Origin: Candidatus Pacearchaeota archaeon
GTDB lineage: Archaea > Nanobdellota > Nanobdellia > UBA10117 > JABICX01
NCBI GenBank assembly: GCA_017608025.1
Contig: JAFCGM010000001.1
Location: 3,910-67,909, forward strand
Length of the DNA: 64,000 nt
Reading direction: 5' to 3'
Position numbers and translations under genes: made by a program. Under the pieces are notes generated by a model. That model had not been told where the DNA came from. It was given only the letters and a program-made list of their open reading frames with translations, and ran no database searches. How positions within the stretch are numbered: position 1 is the stretch's first letter; each line of letters opens with the position of its first letter. This document shows positions 26,373-36,523 of the stretch, piece after piece.

Positions 26373-28400
26373 TCACATTCTTGAAATTATGCCATGCCTT
26401 GGCTCAAAAAGTTCGCCTTTTTTTAGCATATTTTGAAGTATCTCTTTTGCTTTTTGCTTTTCAATTCCTTCATTTTCTGCTTCAACCAAAATGTCTTCTT
26501 CTGGAATTTCATTTCCGAATTTGTTTTCAAGATTATCAAGTATTCTTATTATTTTTCCCATTCTATCCCTTTGGGTTGCAGTTACTCCTGTTGCGATTCT
26601 GTCAATGTCAAGCTGTCCTGTTTCTGGGTCTGTTCCAACTTCCTTAAGGTAATTTTTCAAAAGACGTATAGCTTTTCTTGCGTCAGAAGCTGTTGCAGTG
26701 TTATCTAACCGTATTCTTGCAGATGCTTCTGAAAGACGTACAAGAGCTTGGAGCTGGCGAGCAGAGATTGGAACTGATTTCACACCTTCGCTTGTTGCTG
26801 CAGAAGTAGAGCTTCTCAAGTCAACATAGAACTTTGTTATTTCCCGTTGTGCTTCCTTGCTTAGTTTTGGAAAGCAAGTCTGCCTTGCATATGCAATGTA
26901 TTTTCTCATTAATCCAGTGTCAATTTCTGGCTGAATTGATTCAATATCCCTTTGCAAAGTCAGAACATGCTTTGCAATTTCCCTGTCTTTGTCTTTGTCT
27001 GGCTCATCTTTTATTATGAAAATCAAATCAAAACGATTTATCAGTGTGTTTGGAAGGTCTATTTGCTTAGCTATTGGCTGGTAGGGGTCAAATCTTCCAT
27101 ATTTAGGATTTGCTGCTGCAAGAACTGTTGTTTCTGCACGAAGAGTTGCTTGAACATTTGCTTTTGAGATTGTAATTTTCTGCTGTTCAAGTGCTTCATG
27201 CATTGCGCTTCTATCTTCAGGAGTCATTTTGTCTAATTCATCTATGCAACAAATTCCATTGTTTGTTAGGACAAGAGTTCCTGCTTCCAGGGCCCAGCCA
27301 CGCATAAACTCATCTTTTACAACTGTTGCAGTAAGTCCTGCGCCTGTTGCACCTTTTCCTGATACGTATTTCGATTTCGGAGCAAGCTGCGCAATATATT
27401 TTAATAATTCAGATTTTCCTGCACCAGGGTCTCCAATTAAGAAGATGTGAATGTCTCCCCGCATTCTTGTTCCGTCTGCACGTTCTTTTTTTGCTCCTCC
27501 AAAAAGCTGCAGAACAATTGCTTCCTTAATGTCATTGTATCCGTAGATTGAAGGTGCTACAGATGCAACAAGCTTTTTGTAAATTTTCGGGTCTTTTGAA
27601 AGCGCTTTTATTTCTTCTTCTTCTTCTTTTGATATTTCAATTTCATCAAATTCCTCTTCAATTGTTTCCACAGAATTTGCATTTATTATTAAGTCAAATT
27701 TTGTTGATTCTCCACCTGTTCTTAAAGGAACAGGAACTTCTTTTAGAATCCCGACGATTTTTATTTTGTTTCCAGGATATCTATTCTTTTCTAAAGAAGG
27801 CTTTAGTATATCTCCCACAAGGAAAACAGAGATTCTTTTTGGCTGGTCTGCTCCTACAAGGCTTTCTGGACTTTCTTCAATAACAAGCCTTTGCATGTCA
27901 ACAAGCTCCTTGTCAACTAAAATGAATTTGTCTTTCTTTCTGCAAGAAGGGCAGCGAGGTGGTTTTTCAAGTTTGTTTTCTTTTTGAATTACAGTTATTT
28001 TGTTTCCGCAGGAGCATTCAAAAACAGCAGAAGTCATTTTAGGACGAACATCTGAGCTTTGCCTTATTATGCCATCAGTCCAGATTAGCTTTCCAATGTG
28101 CTTGTGGCGTATGTTTCTAATCTTGACATTCGAGCTTTTAGGAAGATTGACAAAACGCACCGAGATTTTTTGGTCTTCAACTATTTCTTCATCTTTTATT
28201 GCAATTTCAAAGCTCTTCAAAATAGGCTCTGGATTTTCAAGAAGCTCTTCAGCAAGGTCTTTGTTGAATTTTGACAAATTTGAGAAATTTACAATAAGGG
28301 ATTGCTCACCTTTTTTTATTATTTTTGTTAAATTTTTGTAGCAGTAGGTCTGGATAAAAGACCTAAGCAAAGAGTGAAGTTGATCATCATCAAAAACCAT
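26373..28400 (-). CDS. mcm: MCM replicative helicase
   Basis: Zn motif CSCG...CPSC, Walker A GDPGAGKS, Walker B CCIDELDKM, arginine finger SRFDLIF. Confidence 0.95.
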   Translation of the reverse strand: MVFDDDQLHSLLRSFIQTYCYKNLTKIIKKGEQSLIVNFSNLSKFNKDLAEELLENPEPILKSFEIAIKDEEIVEDQKISVRFVNLPKSSNVKIRNIRHKHIGKLIWTDGIIRQSSDVRPKMTSAVFECSCGNKITVIQKENKLEKPPRCPSCRKKDKFILVDKELVDMQRLVIEESPESLVGADQPKRISVFLVGDILKPSLEKNRYPGNKIKIVGILKEVPVPLRTGGESTKFDLIINANSVETIEEEFDEIEISKEEEEEIKALSKDPKIYKKLVASVAPSIYGYNDIKEAIVLQLFGGAKKERADGTRMRGDIHIFLIGDPGAGKSELLKYIAQLAPKSKYVSGKGATGAGLTATVVKDEFMRGWALEAGTLVLTNNGICCIDELDKMTPEDRSAMHEALEQQKITISKANVQATLRAETTVLAAANPKYGRFDPYQPIAKQIDLPNTLINRFDLIFIIKDEPDKDKDREIAKHVLTLQRDIESIQPEIDTGLMRKYIAYARQTCFPKLSKEAQREITKFYVDLRSSTSAATSEGVKSVPISARQLQALVRLSEASARIRLDNTATASDARKAIRLLKNYLKEVGTDPETGQLDIDRIATGVTATQRDRMGKIIRILDNLENKFGNEIPEEDILVEAENEGIEKQKAKEILQNMLKKGELFEPRHGIISRM

Positions 28401-28505
28401 AATTATTAATCTAGAAATTGATTAAAAAGCATTTGTTTAGTTTAATCTTTAATTGTAGTCTTAAGCTGTTATTGGCTATGAGTTAAAGGATTAATAAAAG
28501 CCAGA

Positions 28506-29129
28506 TTACATCTGGCTGTTTTCTTCATCAAGAAGTGCAGAATCAATAAGCTGTTTTCTCAATAATATAACAGCATCCTTGATTTCTTTCTCAGATTTTG
28601 CTCCGGTTATAACGATTTTTCCTGTTCCGAAAAGAAGGAAAGTTATATTGCTCAAAACCGGATTTCCAATTAATTTGTAAACAAGGCCTGGAAATTGTTC
28701 TGGCTCATATTCTGTGTTTTCAAATTCAAAAACAATTTCATTGAGGTTAAGGTTTCCTCCAACTGAGCCAGAAGCAACCATATTTTGGACTTCAATTTTC
28801 GGTTCAACATCAACTTTTATTTTTATTTTTTCTAGTTCCTCAACAATTCTTTTTATTGCGAATTTTGCTTCTTTTATTGATTTTGTTCCAGTGCAGATTA
28901 TTTTTCCAGAACTGAATAACAAGGACGAAGCTTCAGGGTTGCTTATTTTGAATATAAGGCCTGGAAATTGCTCAGGATTGTATTCTGCCCGGTCAAGCTC
29001 AATTGCTAGCTTTTCAAGAGGCAAGTCTCGTTCAATGCTTGCAGAGACAACAACATTTTCAGTTCGAGACCATACTTTTCCATCAGGTCCCTTATATTTT
29101 GATTTTTTAGGTATTTCAGAACTTTCCAT
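28506..29129 (-). CDS. tbp: TATA-box-binding protein
   Basis: Two direct TBP repeats with YNPEQFPGLIFK and YEPEQFPGLVYK. Confidence 0.9.
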   Translation of the reverse strand: MESSEIPKKSKYKGPDGKVWSRTENVVVSASIERDLPLEKLAIELDRAEYNPEQFPGLIFKISNPEASSLLFSSGKIICTGTKSIKEAKFAIKRIVEELEKIKIKVDVEPKIEVQNMVASGSVGGNLNLNEIVFEFENTEYEPEQFPGLVYKLIGNPVLSNITFLLFGTGKIVITGAKSEKEIKDAVILLRKQLIDSALLDEENSQM

Positions 29130-29217
29130 GTATTAATCACCAATATATTCCTTTATAAAGGAAGAAAGATTTATAAAAGTTTATGCAACTCAACAGCAGT
29201 ACTCAATCATACAAACT

Positions 29218-29697
29218 TTAGCTAAATAAAATTTTTAGATAATTAAAAAATCCAGCACTTCTGACTGGTCCAATATTGCATCTGCCTTTTGTGCAGTTTT
29301 GCTTATTTGGGCATTCAATTATTTTTGTTTGAAGTTCTCCAGCAGGCGAGCAATAAAATTCTTTTACATAAATTGAATCTCCTCCTAAAGTGAATTCACA
29401 CGCATTTGTGCCACGCATTCCATAAACATCAGTTACAGTTTCTGTTAGGTATACATTAATTCCGTTTGGATATAATTCTGTAATATCTGTATCTGAGCAC
29501 ACAAAACCCAGTTCTTCGCTGGGCTCAAAACCTTCTTCTTCCTAATTTAAAACTCTATAGTTATAGCTTTGAGTCATACTATATCCTTGTGGACTAACCA
29601 GCAAACCAGTAATCCTGAGCTCATTTAAAGCAATGTCCATTCCAAATACAAGAACTAAAACAATAAATATAATTTGCAACGCAGATAATTTATGCAT
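29218..29697 (-). pseudogene. small secreted cysteine-containing protein interrupted by one in-frame TAG
   Basis: ATG at 29697 gives the signal-peptide segment MHKLSALQIIFIVLVLVFG.... In-frame TAG at 29542-29544. The same frame then continues ...EEEGFEPSEELGFVCSDTD... to the stop at 29218. Confidence 0.45.
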
Positions 29698-29721
29698 ATT
29701 ATCGCTTTGTTTTTAAAATAT

Positions 29722-32700
29722 TTAAATTTTCCCAACCTTAATTGTAATTTTCTTGCCTTTTATGCTGAATTCAGTTCCTTTAATATGCGATTCAAATGAA
29801 ATTTCTTTTGCTCCGACTTTTTCTTTAATTTCCTTTTGGTTTTTTTCAAAAATCTGAACAGAGTCCATTGGTGCTGAAATTTGAAGATTTACTTTGTCTG
29901 ATTTTACTAAATTTTTGTTTTTTCTTTCTGCTTGGATTTTCCGGATTAATTCTCTGACAAAGCCCATTTCAATCATTTCTTTAGTTTCATCTGTTTCAAG
30001 ATATACTGATATTAAATTTTCTTTTATTCCAACAATGTTTTTCGGAAGCCTTTCATCAATTATTAAGTCTTCTGGCTCAAGAACAAAGCTGTTATTATCA
30101 ACTTTGATTACAACTTTTTTATTTCTTTCAAGTTCATTTACAATTGAATTGTCACTTCGCAAGGAGAGCTGGCCTAAAATTCTTCCAACATCATCTTTGA
30201 ATTTTGGACCGAAAGTTGAGAAGTTTGCTTTTACTTTGTATTCTGCATTTTGAAGCCGGTCTTCAACTTTTACTGAGAGGCAATTTGTCATTTGCTTTAT
30301 CAATTCTTTGTGATTTTCAATTGCTTTTTTCTGCGCTTTTTTCTTGGCAATGATTGTAACTTCTTTTATTGGCCACCGAATTCCCCGCTGTATTTTCTCG
30401 CGAAGAGAGAGAGTCATTGAAACTGCTTTTTTCACAGTTTTCATGTCTTTTTCAAGGGATTTGTTTATTTGCTTTTCATCTGCTTTTAGCCAAGGAAATA
30501 AAAGAATTGATTCTTGGTTTTCATGTTTTCTGAATATTTCCTGGTAGATTTTTTCTGAAATGAAAGGAGATATTAGAGAAAACATTCTCAAAATATTGAA
30601 TAAAACATTGTAAATTATATAAGCAACTTTTTCCTCATCTGCTTCATCTCTTGTTGCTTTTATGTACCATCTGCTAAGTTCGAGGAAAATTCCTTCGATT
30701 TTTTCAGGAACTTCGTTAAGCTTATAGCTGTTAAGACATTCGCTTACTTCTTTGATTTTTGAGTTTGTTAAGGATAGCATGTACTTTTCTTTTTTACCAA
30801 GATTTTTTGGAGATTTTCCAGGGACGTAATTAAGTGTTTTGAGGTATTTTGCTGTGTTCCACAAAACTTCAAGATTCCGATATTTTATTTTTGCATCTTC
30901 TGGAGAATATTTGAATTCCTGTCCTGGATTTGAACCAGAAACTGAGTAATAACGAAATGCGTCAACTCCTAAGGAATTGAAGACTTCATAAGGTGAGATG
31001 TAATTTCCAAGAGACTTTGACATTTTTCTACCCTGCTGGTCGTTTATCATTCCATGAACATACACGTTTTTGTAAGGGAACTTTCCAGTGGATACTATAC
31101 TGCAAAGAACAAGTGTGTTGAACCATAACCTAATTTGCTCTTTTGCTTCAAGAATGAAATCTGCTGGCCAATACCTTTCAAAAAGCTTTTTCTTATGAGG
31201 AAAGTCAAGCGATGCGAAAGATGTTGCTCCAGAATCTATCCACACGTCAATGACATCTGGAATTCTTTTCATTACGCCACCGCATTTGCAAGGAATTTTT
31301 ACCTTATCAATCCATGGAATATGTAGGTCAGAAGGGATTTTGCTTTTTGTGAGCTTTTTCAATTCTTTTTTAGATTCAATTACTATTATTTTTTTGCACT
31401 TCTCGCATTTCCAGATTGGCGCAGGAGTGCCCCAATATCTTTGCCTTGTAATTGAATTGTCCTTGAGGTTGTCTAGCCAGGAATTGAAAGCATTGCTTCC
31501 AGCCCAGTCTGGAACCCAGTGGACTTTTTTATTTTGTTTCTTCATTTTTTCCTTCAAGTCTTCAACTTTCATGAACCATTGTTTTGTTGCTCGAAAAATA
31601 ACAGGGGCTTTACACCTCCAGCAGTGAGCATACTCATGCTTAACTTCTGAAGTATGGATTAAGGAACCTATTTTTTTCAGCTCCTGTATGAATTTTTTAT
31701 CATCTTTTTTTGCATTCCAGCCAGCGAATTTTCCCATTTTTTCTGAGAATCTTCCGTTTTCATCAAGCTCATTGAAAGCAGGCAAGCCATAAGCTTCTCC
31801 AACTTCTTGGTCTTCTGGCCCGCAGCCAGGAGCGCAGTGAACAAGGCCAGAACCGGCAGAAAGGTCAACATACTGCTTAGAGAGAAGAACTGTGTACATT
31901 TTCTTGTGCTTTCTCTTTAGGTCCTGCAAAATCTTGAGATCATCTTCAAAAACTCCTTTGTACTCGTAACCTTCCAGTTTCTCGCCTTTAAAAGATTCAA
32001 GAACTTTGTATTTTTTTCCAATTAAGCTCAAGAAAATGTTTGTAAGCTGGGCAGCAATAATCCAAGTTTCATCGCCGACCTTGACTTTAAGGTATTCAAG
32101 CTCTGGATTGACCATTACTGCGAGGTTGAATGGGATAGTCCATGGAGTTGTTGTCCATATAATTAGAAATTCTTTTGGATTTTTCTTTGATTTCAGTTTT
32201 AGGAAAATTGAAGTGTCTGTATCTGTTTCATATTCAAGCTCATGCTTTGCAAGGGCTGTTCCGCATTCAGCGCACCAAGTCATAACTTTTTTTCCTTCAT
32301 AAAGCCGCTTTTTCTTGTGAGCCTGCTTCAGAACCCACCACACAGATTCAATAAAAGGATTATCAATTGGTTTGTAGGCATTCTCAAAATCCATCCAAAC
32401 TCCGGAAATTCGCATGTCATTTTCCATTTTTCCAAGATATTTAACTGCAGTTTTTCTGCATTCCTTGACAAATTTTTCAATTCCGAATTTTTCAATTCCA
32501 TCTTTGTCTTTTATTCCAAGTTCCTTCATTGTTGCATTTGCAGTTGGAAGTCCGTGCATGTCCCAGCCAGCCCTGTCCCAGACATCAAATCCTTTCATTT
32601 TCTTGTACTTTATTGTTATATCTTTTAAGACATTATTCCATGCATGAGCGATGTGAAAACTGCCAGAAGTGTAAGGAGGACCTTGGAGAAAGTAGAACGG

Positions 32701-32808
32701 CTTTTTCTTTTTATTGCCCTTGTTTTTAGACATTTTTGAGTAAATATTGTTGTCTTGCCAAAATTTCTGAATTTCCTTTTCTGTTTTTTTAAAATCATAT
32801 TCTTGCAT
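29722..32808 (-). CDS. ileS: isoleucyl-tRNA synthetase
   Basis: Class I HIGH variant PPYTSGSFHIAHAWN, a KMSKS motif, and a length of 1028 aa typical of archaeal IleRS. Confidence 0.9.
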   Translation of the reverse strand: MQEYDFKKTEKEIQKFWQDNNIYSKMSKNKGNKKKKPFYFLQGPPYTSGSFHIAHAWNNVLKDITIKYKKMKGFDVWDRAGWDMHGLPTANATMKELGIKDKDGIEKFGIEKFVKECRKTAVKYLGKMENDMRISGVWMDFENAYKPIDNPFIESVWWVLKQAHKKKRLYEGKKVMTWCAECGTALAKHELEYETDTDTSIFLKLKSKKNPKEFLIIWTTTPWTIPFNLAVMVNPELEYLKVKVGDETWIIAAQLTNIFLSLIGKKYKVLESFKGEKLEGYEYKGVFEDDLKILQDLKRKHKKMYTVLLSKQYVDLSAGSGLVHCAPGCGPEDQEVGEAYGLPAFNELDENGRFSEKMGKFAGWNAKKDDKKFIQELKKIGSLIHTSEVKHEYAHCWRCKAPVIFRATKQWFMKVEDLKEKMKKQNKKVHWVPDWAGSNAFNSWLDNLKDNSITRQRYWGTPAPIWKCEKCKKIIVIESKKELKKLTKSKIPSDLHIPWIDKVKIPCKCGGVMKRIPDVIDVWIDSGATSFASLDFPHKKKLFERYWPADFILEAKEQIRLWFNTLVLCSIVSTGKFPYKNVYVHGMINDQQGRKMSKSLGNYISPYEVFNSLGVDAFRYYSVSGSNPGQEFKYSPEDAKIKYRNLEVLWNTAKYLKTLNYVPGKSPKNLGKKEKYMLSLTNSKIKEVSECLNSYKLNEVPEKIEGIFLELSRWYIKATRDEADEEKVAYIIYNVLFNILRMFSLISPFISEKIYQEIFRKHENQESILLFPWLKADEKQINKSLEKDMKTVKKAVSMTLSLREKIQRGIRWPIKEVTIIAKKKAQKKAIENHKELIKQMTNCLSVKVEDRLQNAEYKVKANFSTFGPKFKDDVGRILGQLSLRSDNSIVNELERNKKVVIKVDNNSFVLEPEDLIIDERLPKNIVGIKENLISVYLETDETKEMIEMGFVRELIRKIQAERKNKNLVKSDKVNLQISAPMDSVQIFEKNQKEIKEKVGAKEISFESHIKGTEFSIKGKKITIKVGKI

Positions 32809-32937
32809 TGTTTAATACTTCCTTATTAAAATGAAATAATTTAAGAGTTTTGTGAATGCGTTTAGAATTCTTATTGTGTATGAATGGGGCACTCACCGAT
32901 TTCCATTATAGTTGATTATGGGATTGATTTAAAAAGT

Positions 32938-33234
32938 TTATTGTTTCTTATAAAAGTATTTTATTTTTTCATAATTTCTTAAGAATTTTCTTATGTTTTT
33001 AATGTAAAGTTCTCCTGAATTGAGTTTTTTTGCCAGAGATTTTGCTTTTTCAGTTAACTCCTTTTCATTAGTGTTATGGTTGAAATGGATGTACATCAAT
33101 GGCTTTGATTTCGGAAGAATTCTGTGAACATCTAAACTATTAATCTCTTCTGCTCCAACAAAAAGAATTGGCTCGTATTTGCCATTATTAATCGCTATTG
33201 CGAGAACATAATTATCCAGAGAAGCGCGTTTCAT
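32938..33234 (-). CDS. hypothetical protein
   Basis: 98-aa ORF with an ATG start. No recognised motif. Confidence 0.4.
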   Translation of the reverse strand: MKRASLDNYVLAIAINNGKYEPILFVGAEEINSLDVHRILPKSKPLMYIHFNHNTNEKELTEKAKSLAKKLNSGELYIKNIRKFLRNYEKIKYFYKKQ

Positions 33235-33337
33235 AAGTTAAGTTAAAAAGCATATTTGTATTTAATATTTTCTGAGATTGAGAATTGCTTTAAATTAAAC
33301 AAACAATTATAAATACTCTGATTGAAGGTATTTGAAA

Positions 33338-34288
33338 ATGGCACTTGAAATCTGGACAGAAAAATACAGACCACAGAAGCTTGATGATGTTAAGGGACAG
33401 GAAGATATTACTTCCAGGCTGAAAAATTTTGTTAAAAGCAAAAGCATGCCGCATCTTCTTTTTTCCGGTCCTGCAGGCGTTGGAAAAACTGCAAGCTCAA
33501 TAGCCATTGCAAAAGAGCTTTATGGAGATTCTTGGAGAGACAATATACTTGAGCTTAATGCAAGCGATGAAAGAGGAATTGACATAATAAGGAATAAGGT
33601 TAAGGATTTTGCAAGGAGCAAGGCAATTGAAAATGTTCCATTTAAGCTTATTTATCTTGATGAGTCAGATGCTTTAACAAAAGAGGCTCAGCAAGCATTG
33701 AGAAGGACAATGGAAAATTACGCATCAAACACCCGGTTTATTCTTTCATGCAATTATTCTTCTAAAATAATCTCACCAATTCAATCAAGGTGTGCGGTTT
33801 TTAGGTTTAAGCCATTGCCAAAAGAAATTCTAATAAACATACTTAAAAAAATAGCTGACAAAGAAGGACTTAAAGTTACAGACAAAGCACTTGAATTTAT
33901 TTACACTGCTTCAGAAGGTGATTGCAGAAAAGCAGAAAACATTCTTCAGTCTGTTTCTGCAATAACTAAAGATATTGATGAGAAAGCAATTGAGAAAGTT
34001 GTATCTTTTGCAGAGCCGGCAGAGATAAAAGAAGTTGTTAGTCTTGCTTTGAATGGAAATTTTGAGGAATCAAAAAAGAAGCTTTCTTCAGTAATAATTA
34101 AGCATGGTTTGTCTGGACTGGATGCTGTAATTCAGATTCAGAAGCAGATAATGAATTTTGACATTGATGAAAAACTTAAAGTTAAGCTTATTAAGATTTG
34201 CGGGGAATATGAATTTCGTTTAGTTGAAGGAAGCAATGAGTTTGTTCAGTTGAATGCTCTTTTAGCAGAGTTTTCAATGGTAAAATAA
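33338..34288 (+). CDS. rfcS: replication factor C small subunit
   Basis: WTEKYRP, Walker A GPAGVGKT, Walker B LDESD, SRC motif. ATG at 33338. Confidence 0.9.
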   Translation: MALEIWTEKYRPQKLDDVKGQEDITSRLKNFVKSKSMPHLLFSGPAGVGKTASSIAIAKELYGDSWRDNILELNASDERGIDIIRNKVKDFARSKAIENVPFKLIYLDESDALTKEAQQALRRTMENYASNTRFILSCNYSSKIISPIQSRCAVFRFKPLPKEILINILKKIADKEGLKVTDKALEFIYTASEGDCRKAENILQSVSAITKDIDEKAIEKVVSFAEPAEIKEVVSLALNGNFEESKKKLSSVIIKHGLSGLDAVIQIQKQIMNFDIDEKLKVKLIKICGEYEFRLVEGSNEFVQLNALLAEFSMVK

Positions 34289-34297
34289 GGTTTTAAT

Positions 34298-35458
34298 ATG
34301 CTTACAAAAAAATACCAGCCAAATTCACTTTCAGAAGTAATTGGGCAGGAATTGGCTTGCAAAAAAATTCTTAATTTTTACAAGAATTTTAAAAATTCAA
34401 GAGCAAAGGCTGTTTTTCTTTCAGGTCCGCCCGGATGCGGAAAATCTTCTTGTGTTCAGGCTCTTGCAAGTCAGGAAAATGCTGAAATAATTGAGATTAA
34501 TGCTTCTGACAAGAGAAACAAAAATTCTGTTCTTGAGATTTTAGAGCCAGCAAGTCAGCAAGTCAGTTTGTTTGGAAGCAACAAAATAATTTTTGTTGAT
34601 GAAATAGATGCTTTGTCTGGTACAAAAGACCGGGGAGGCGTTTCTGCACTTGCAGATATTATTAAAAAAACAAAGTTTCCTGTTTTTCTCACAGCAAATG
34701 ATCCTTGGAGTTCAAATCTCAAATCTATTAGAAAAATTTCTGAAATGATTTCAATGAGCAAGCTTTCACCTCAGCAAATTTTTAATTATTTGAAAAAAAT
34801 ATGCAAAAAAGAGAACATAGCTTATGAGGACAAGGCAATTATGAAACTTGCTTATTCTGTTGGCGGAGATTTAAGAGCTGCTATAAATGATTTGGAAGTT
34901 ATGTCTACAAAAGAAAAAATAACTTTAGATACTTTGAAATTGTGGGGCAGAGAGAAAGATGAAATAATCCAGGATGTTTTAAAGCTTATATTCAAGTCAA
35001 GAAGCTCAGAATCTTTGAATTCAGCTGTATTTAATTTAGATATAAGTGCAGAAGACACTATGTTGTGGGTAGAGCAGAATGTTTCAAAGGAATATTCTGG
35101 CGAAGACCTGCTTAAAGCATATAACTGCCTTTCTTTATCAGATATTTTCTTTTCAAGAATAATGAGGTGGCAGCACTGGAGATTTTTGTTTTATGCTTCA
35201 TATTTTTCAACTACAGGAGTGCAGCAGGCAAAAGAGAATATTAAGTCAAGTTTAGTTTATCATACAAAACCAGAGTTTTTCCTTAATATGTGGAAAATGT
35301 CTGCAAAGAAGAAGAAATACAAGGAATTGGCTGAAAAGTTTTCAGATAAATTGCATGCTTCAACAAAGCAGTTGCAAAAGGATTTTGCACCTTATTTAAG
35401 TTTTATTGAAAATCACAACAAAAAAATGCATGAGAAGATTATGAATTCTTTAAACTGA
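34298..35458 (+). CDS. rfcL: replication factor C large subunit
   Basis: KYQP...GPPGCGKSS, VDEID. Directly follows rfcS. Confidence 0.85.
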   Translation: MLTKKYQPNSLSEVIGQELACKKILNFYKNFKNSRAKAVFLSGPPGCGKSSCVQALASQENAEIIEINASDKRNKNSVLEILEPASQQVSLFGSNKIIFVDEIDALSGTKDRGGVSALADIIKKTKFPVFLTANDPWSSNLKSIRKISEMISMSKLSPQQIFNYLKKICKKENIAYEDKAIMKLAYSVGGDLRAAINDLEVMSTKEKITLDTLKLWGREKDEIIQDVLKLIFKSRSSESLNSAVFNLDISAEDTMLWVEQNVSKEYSGEDLLKAYNCLSLSDIFFSRIMRWQHWRFLFYASYFSTTGVQQAKENIKSSLVYHTKPEFFLNMWKMSAKKKKYKELAEKFSDKLHASTKQLQKDFAPYLSFIENHNKKMHEKIMNSLN

Positions 35459-35490
35459 AACCTTTTTAAACCTTAATTTTTTGGTTTTTA

Positions 35491-35763
35491 TTGGCAACTA
35501 GGCAGGCGAGTTAGGGGCTCGCTGTTACCTAAAATCCTCTTTAAGGGTGCTGAAGCTGCAGAGGCGGTTTTCATATTAATTGTCGTCTCTTTGCACTGGC
35601 GTCGAAGCGTTGCCTTCATTGGCATTTTGTTTATGTGAACCTGGTCAGGCCTTGACGGGAGCAGCCATAGCATGTTCAGAGTGCGCTTTGAAGATACAGC
35701 GTGGAGCTATGTAGAGAGGTTGCGGCATTTGGTATGGAAATCCACTTTGTGGCGTGTTGCCAA
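35491..35763 (+). ncRNA. signal recognition particle RNA (7S/SRP RNA)
   Basis: Helix-8 signature CCTGGTCAGGCC...GGGAGCAGCC. The ends TTGGCAAC (35491-35498) and GTTGCCAA (35756-35763) are perfectly complementary. TTTAAA box about 25 nt upstream. Boundaries are approximate. Confidence 0.7.
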
Positions 35764-35784
35764 AACTTTTTAGAAAAAAGTTTT
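35762..35784 (+). terminator. palindromic T5/A6 hairpin at the SRP RNA 3-prime end (candidate bidirectional terminator module)
   Basis: AAAACTTTTT AG AAAAAAGTTTT forms a perfect 10-bp stem and places an oligo-T run on both strands. Confidence 0.4.
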
Positions 35785-36171
35785 ATCAAAAACGTCTCGC
35801 TCCCGCTCGACAGAAAAGGGCAGAGAGTACTGAAAATTCATAGCAGTTACTCTTTCCACTCAGAAAAATGCTTTGCTTCAATAAATATGTTATTGCCAGA
35901 AACTTTTTAGAAAAAAGTTTCATCAAAAAGAAAATAGTTTTTCTTTGGGCAACTTGCACTTTTTTTTTAAAATAGAAAGAGCGGAGTGGGAAGGATGGTT
36001 TGTGAACCAGCAAACCCTTTAAAAAAGTGTTTGCATCCCCAAAGCCCCTTTTAGAAAAAGCGGCTAAGACTGCGTCTAAGGCGGCTACGCCTTCTGCGGA
36101 AACTTTTGGAAAAAGTTTCATCAAAAAGTTCTTTTTCGCCAGCGTTTTTCTTTCAAGAAAAAGGCTGAGTA

Positions 36172-36245
36172 TGGGAAGGGTGGGATTTGAACCCACGACA
36201 CCTAGATCTTCAGTCTAGTGCTCTCCCAGGCTGAGCTACCTCCCC
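36172..36245 (-). tRNA. tRNA-Phe (anticodon GAA)
   Basis: Reverse complement is GGGGAGGTAGCTCAGCCTGGGAGAGCACTAGACTGAAGATCTAGGTGTCGTGGGTTCAAATCCCACCCTTCCCA. Clean cloverleaf with anticodon loop CTGAAGA. Confidence 0.9.
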
Positions 36246-36523
36246 AGACCCTTTTAAGAAAAGCGTCCACGGAAAACGGACAGTTTCATCAAAAAGGAAA
36301 CCTTTTCGTTTGAGCAAAAACACCTAATTTCACTAAAGCGTATATGACTAAAATAAAGTTTAGTTTTAAAAGCTTTTTATTTTAATATGAAGATTTTATT
36401 TAAAAGGGTTTTTAATGATTTTTAATGAAAGATGTTTTAAGTGTATTACTTAATAGTAAGATTTATAAAGGCAATTTGTTACTATTATATAGTAGGCTAT
36501 ATAAGAGGTGCTGTTAATGAAGA

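Noticed and set aside
25672-28505. Replication origin next to mcm / RPA-like genes
   Set aside because: The flanking intergenic regions are short and lack repeated ORB-like elements or an obvious AT-rich unwinding element flanked by inverted repeats.
2941-29544. In-frame TAG codons (2941-2943, 29542-29544, and the TAG ending the signal-peptide ORF at 39590-39592) considered as evidence of TAG reassignment
   Set aside because: TAG terminates several well-supported genes at sensible positions (ends at 915, 22686, 58011 and 63665). The S51-like gene also carries frameshifts. Pseudogenisation or sequencing error is more parsimonious.
26373-35458. Inteins or introns in MCM, IleRS or RFC genes
   Set aside because: Protein lengths are canonical, and catalytic motifs are contiguous with no inserted Cys/Ser...HN blocks.
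35786-36196. 136-aa minus-strand ORF (and the 63-aa + ORF 36027-36218) between SRP RNA and tRNA-Phe
   Set aside because: It runs through tRNA-Phe and is composed of translated repeat modules. There is no coding signal.
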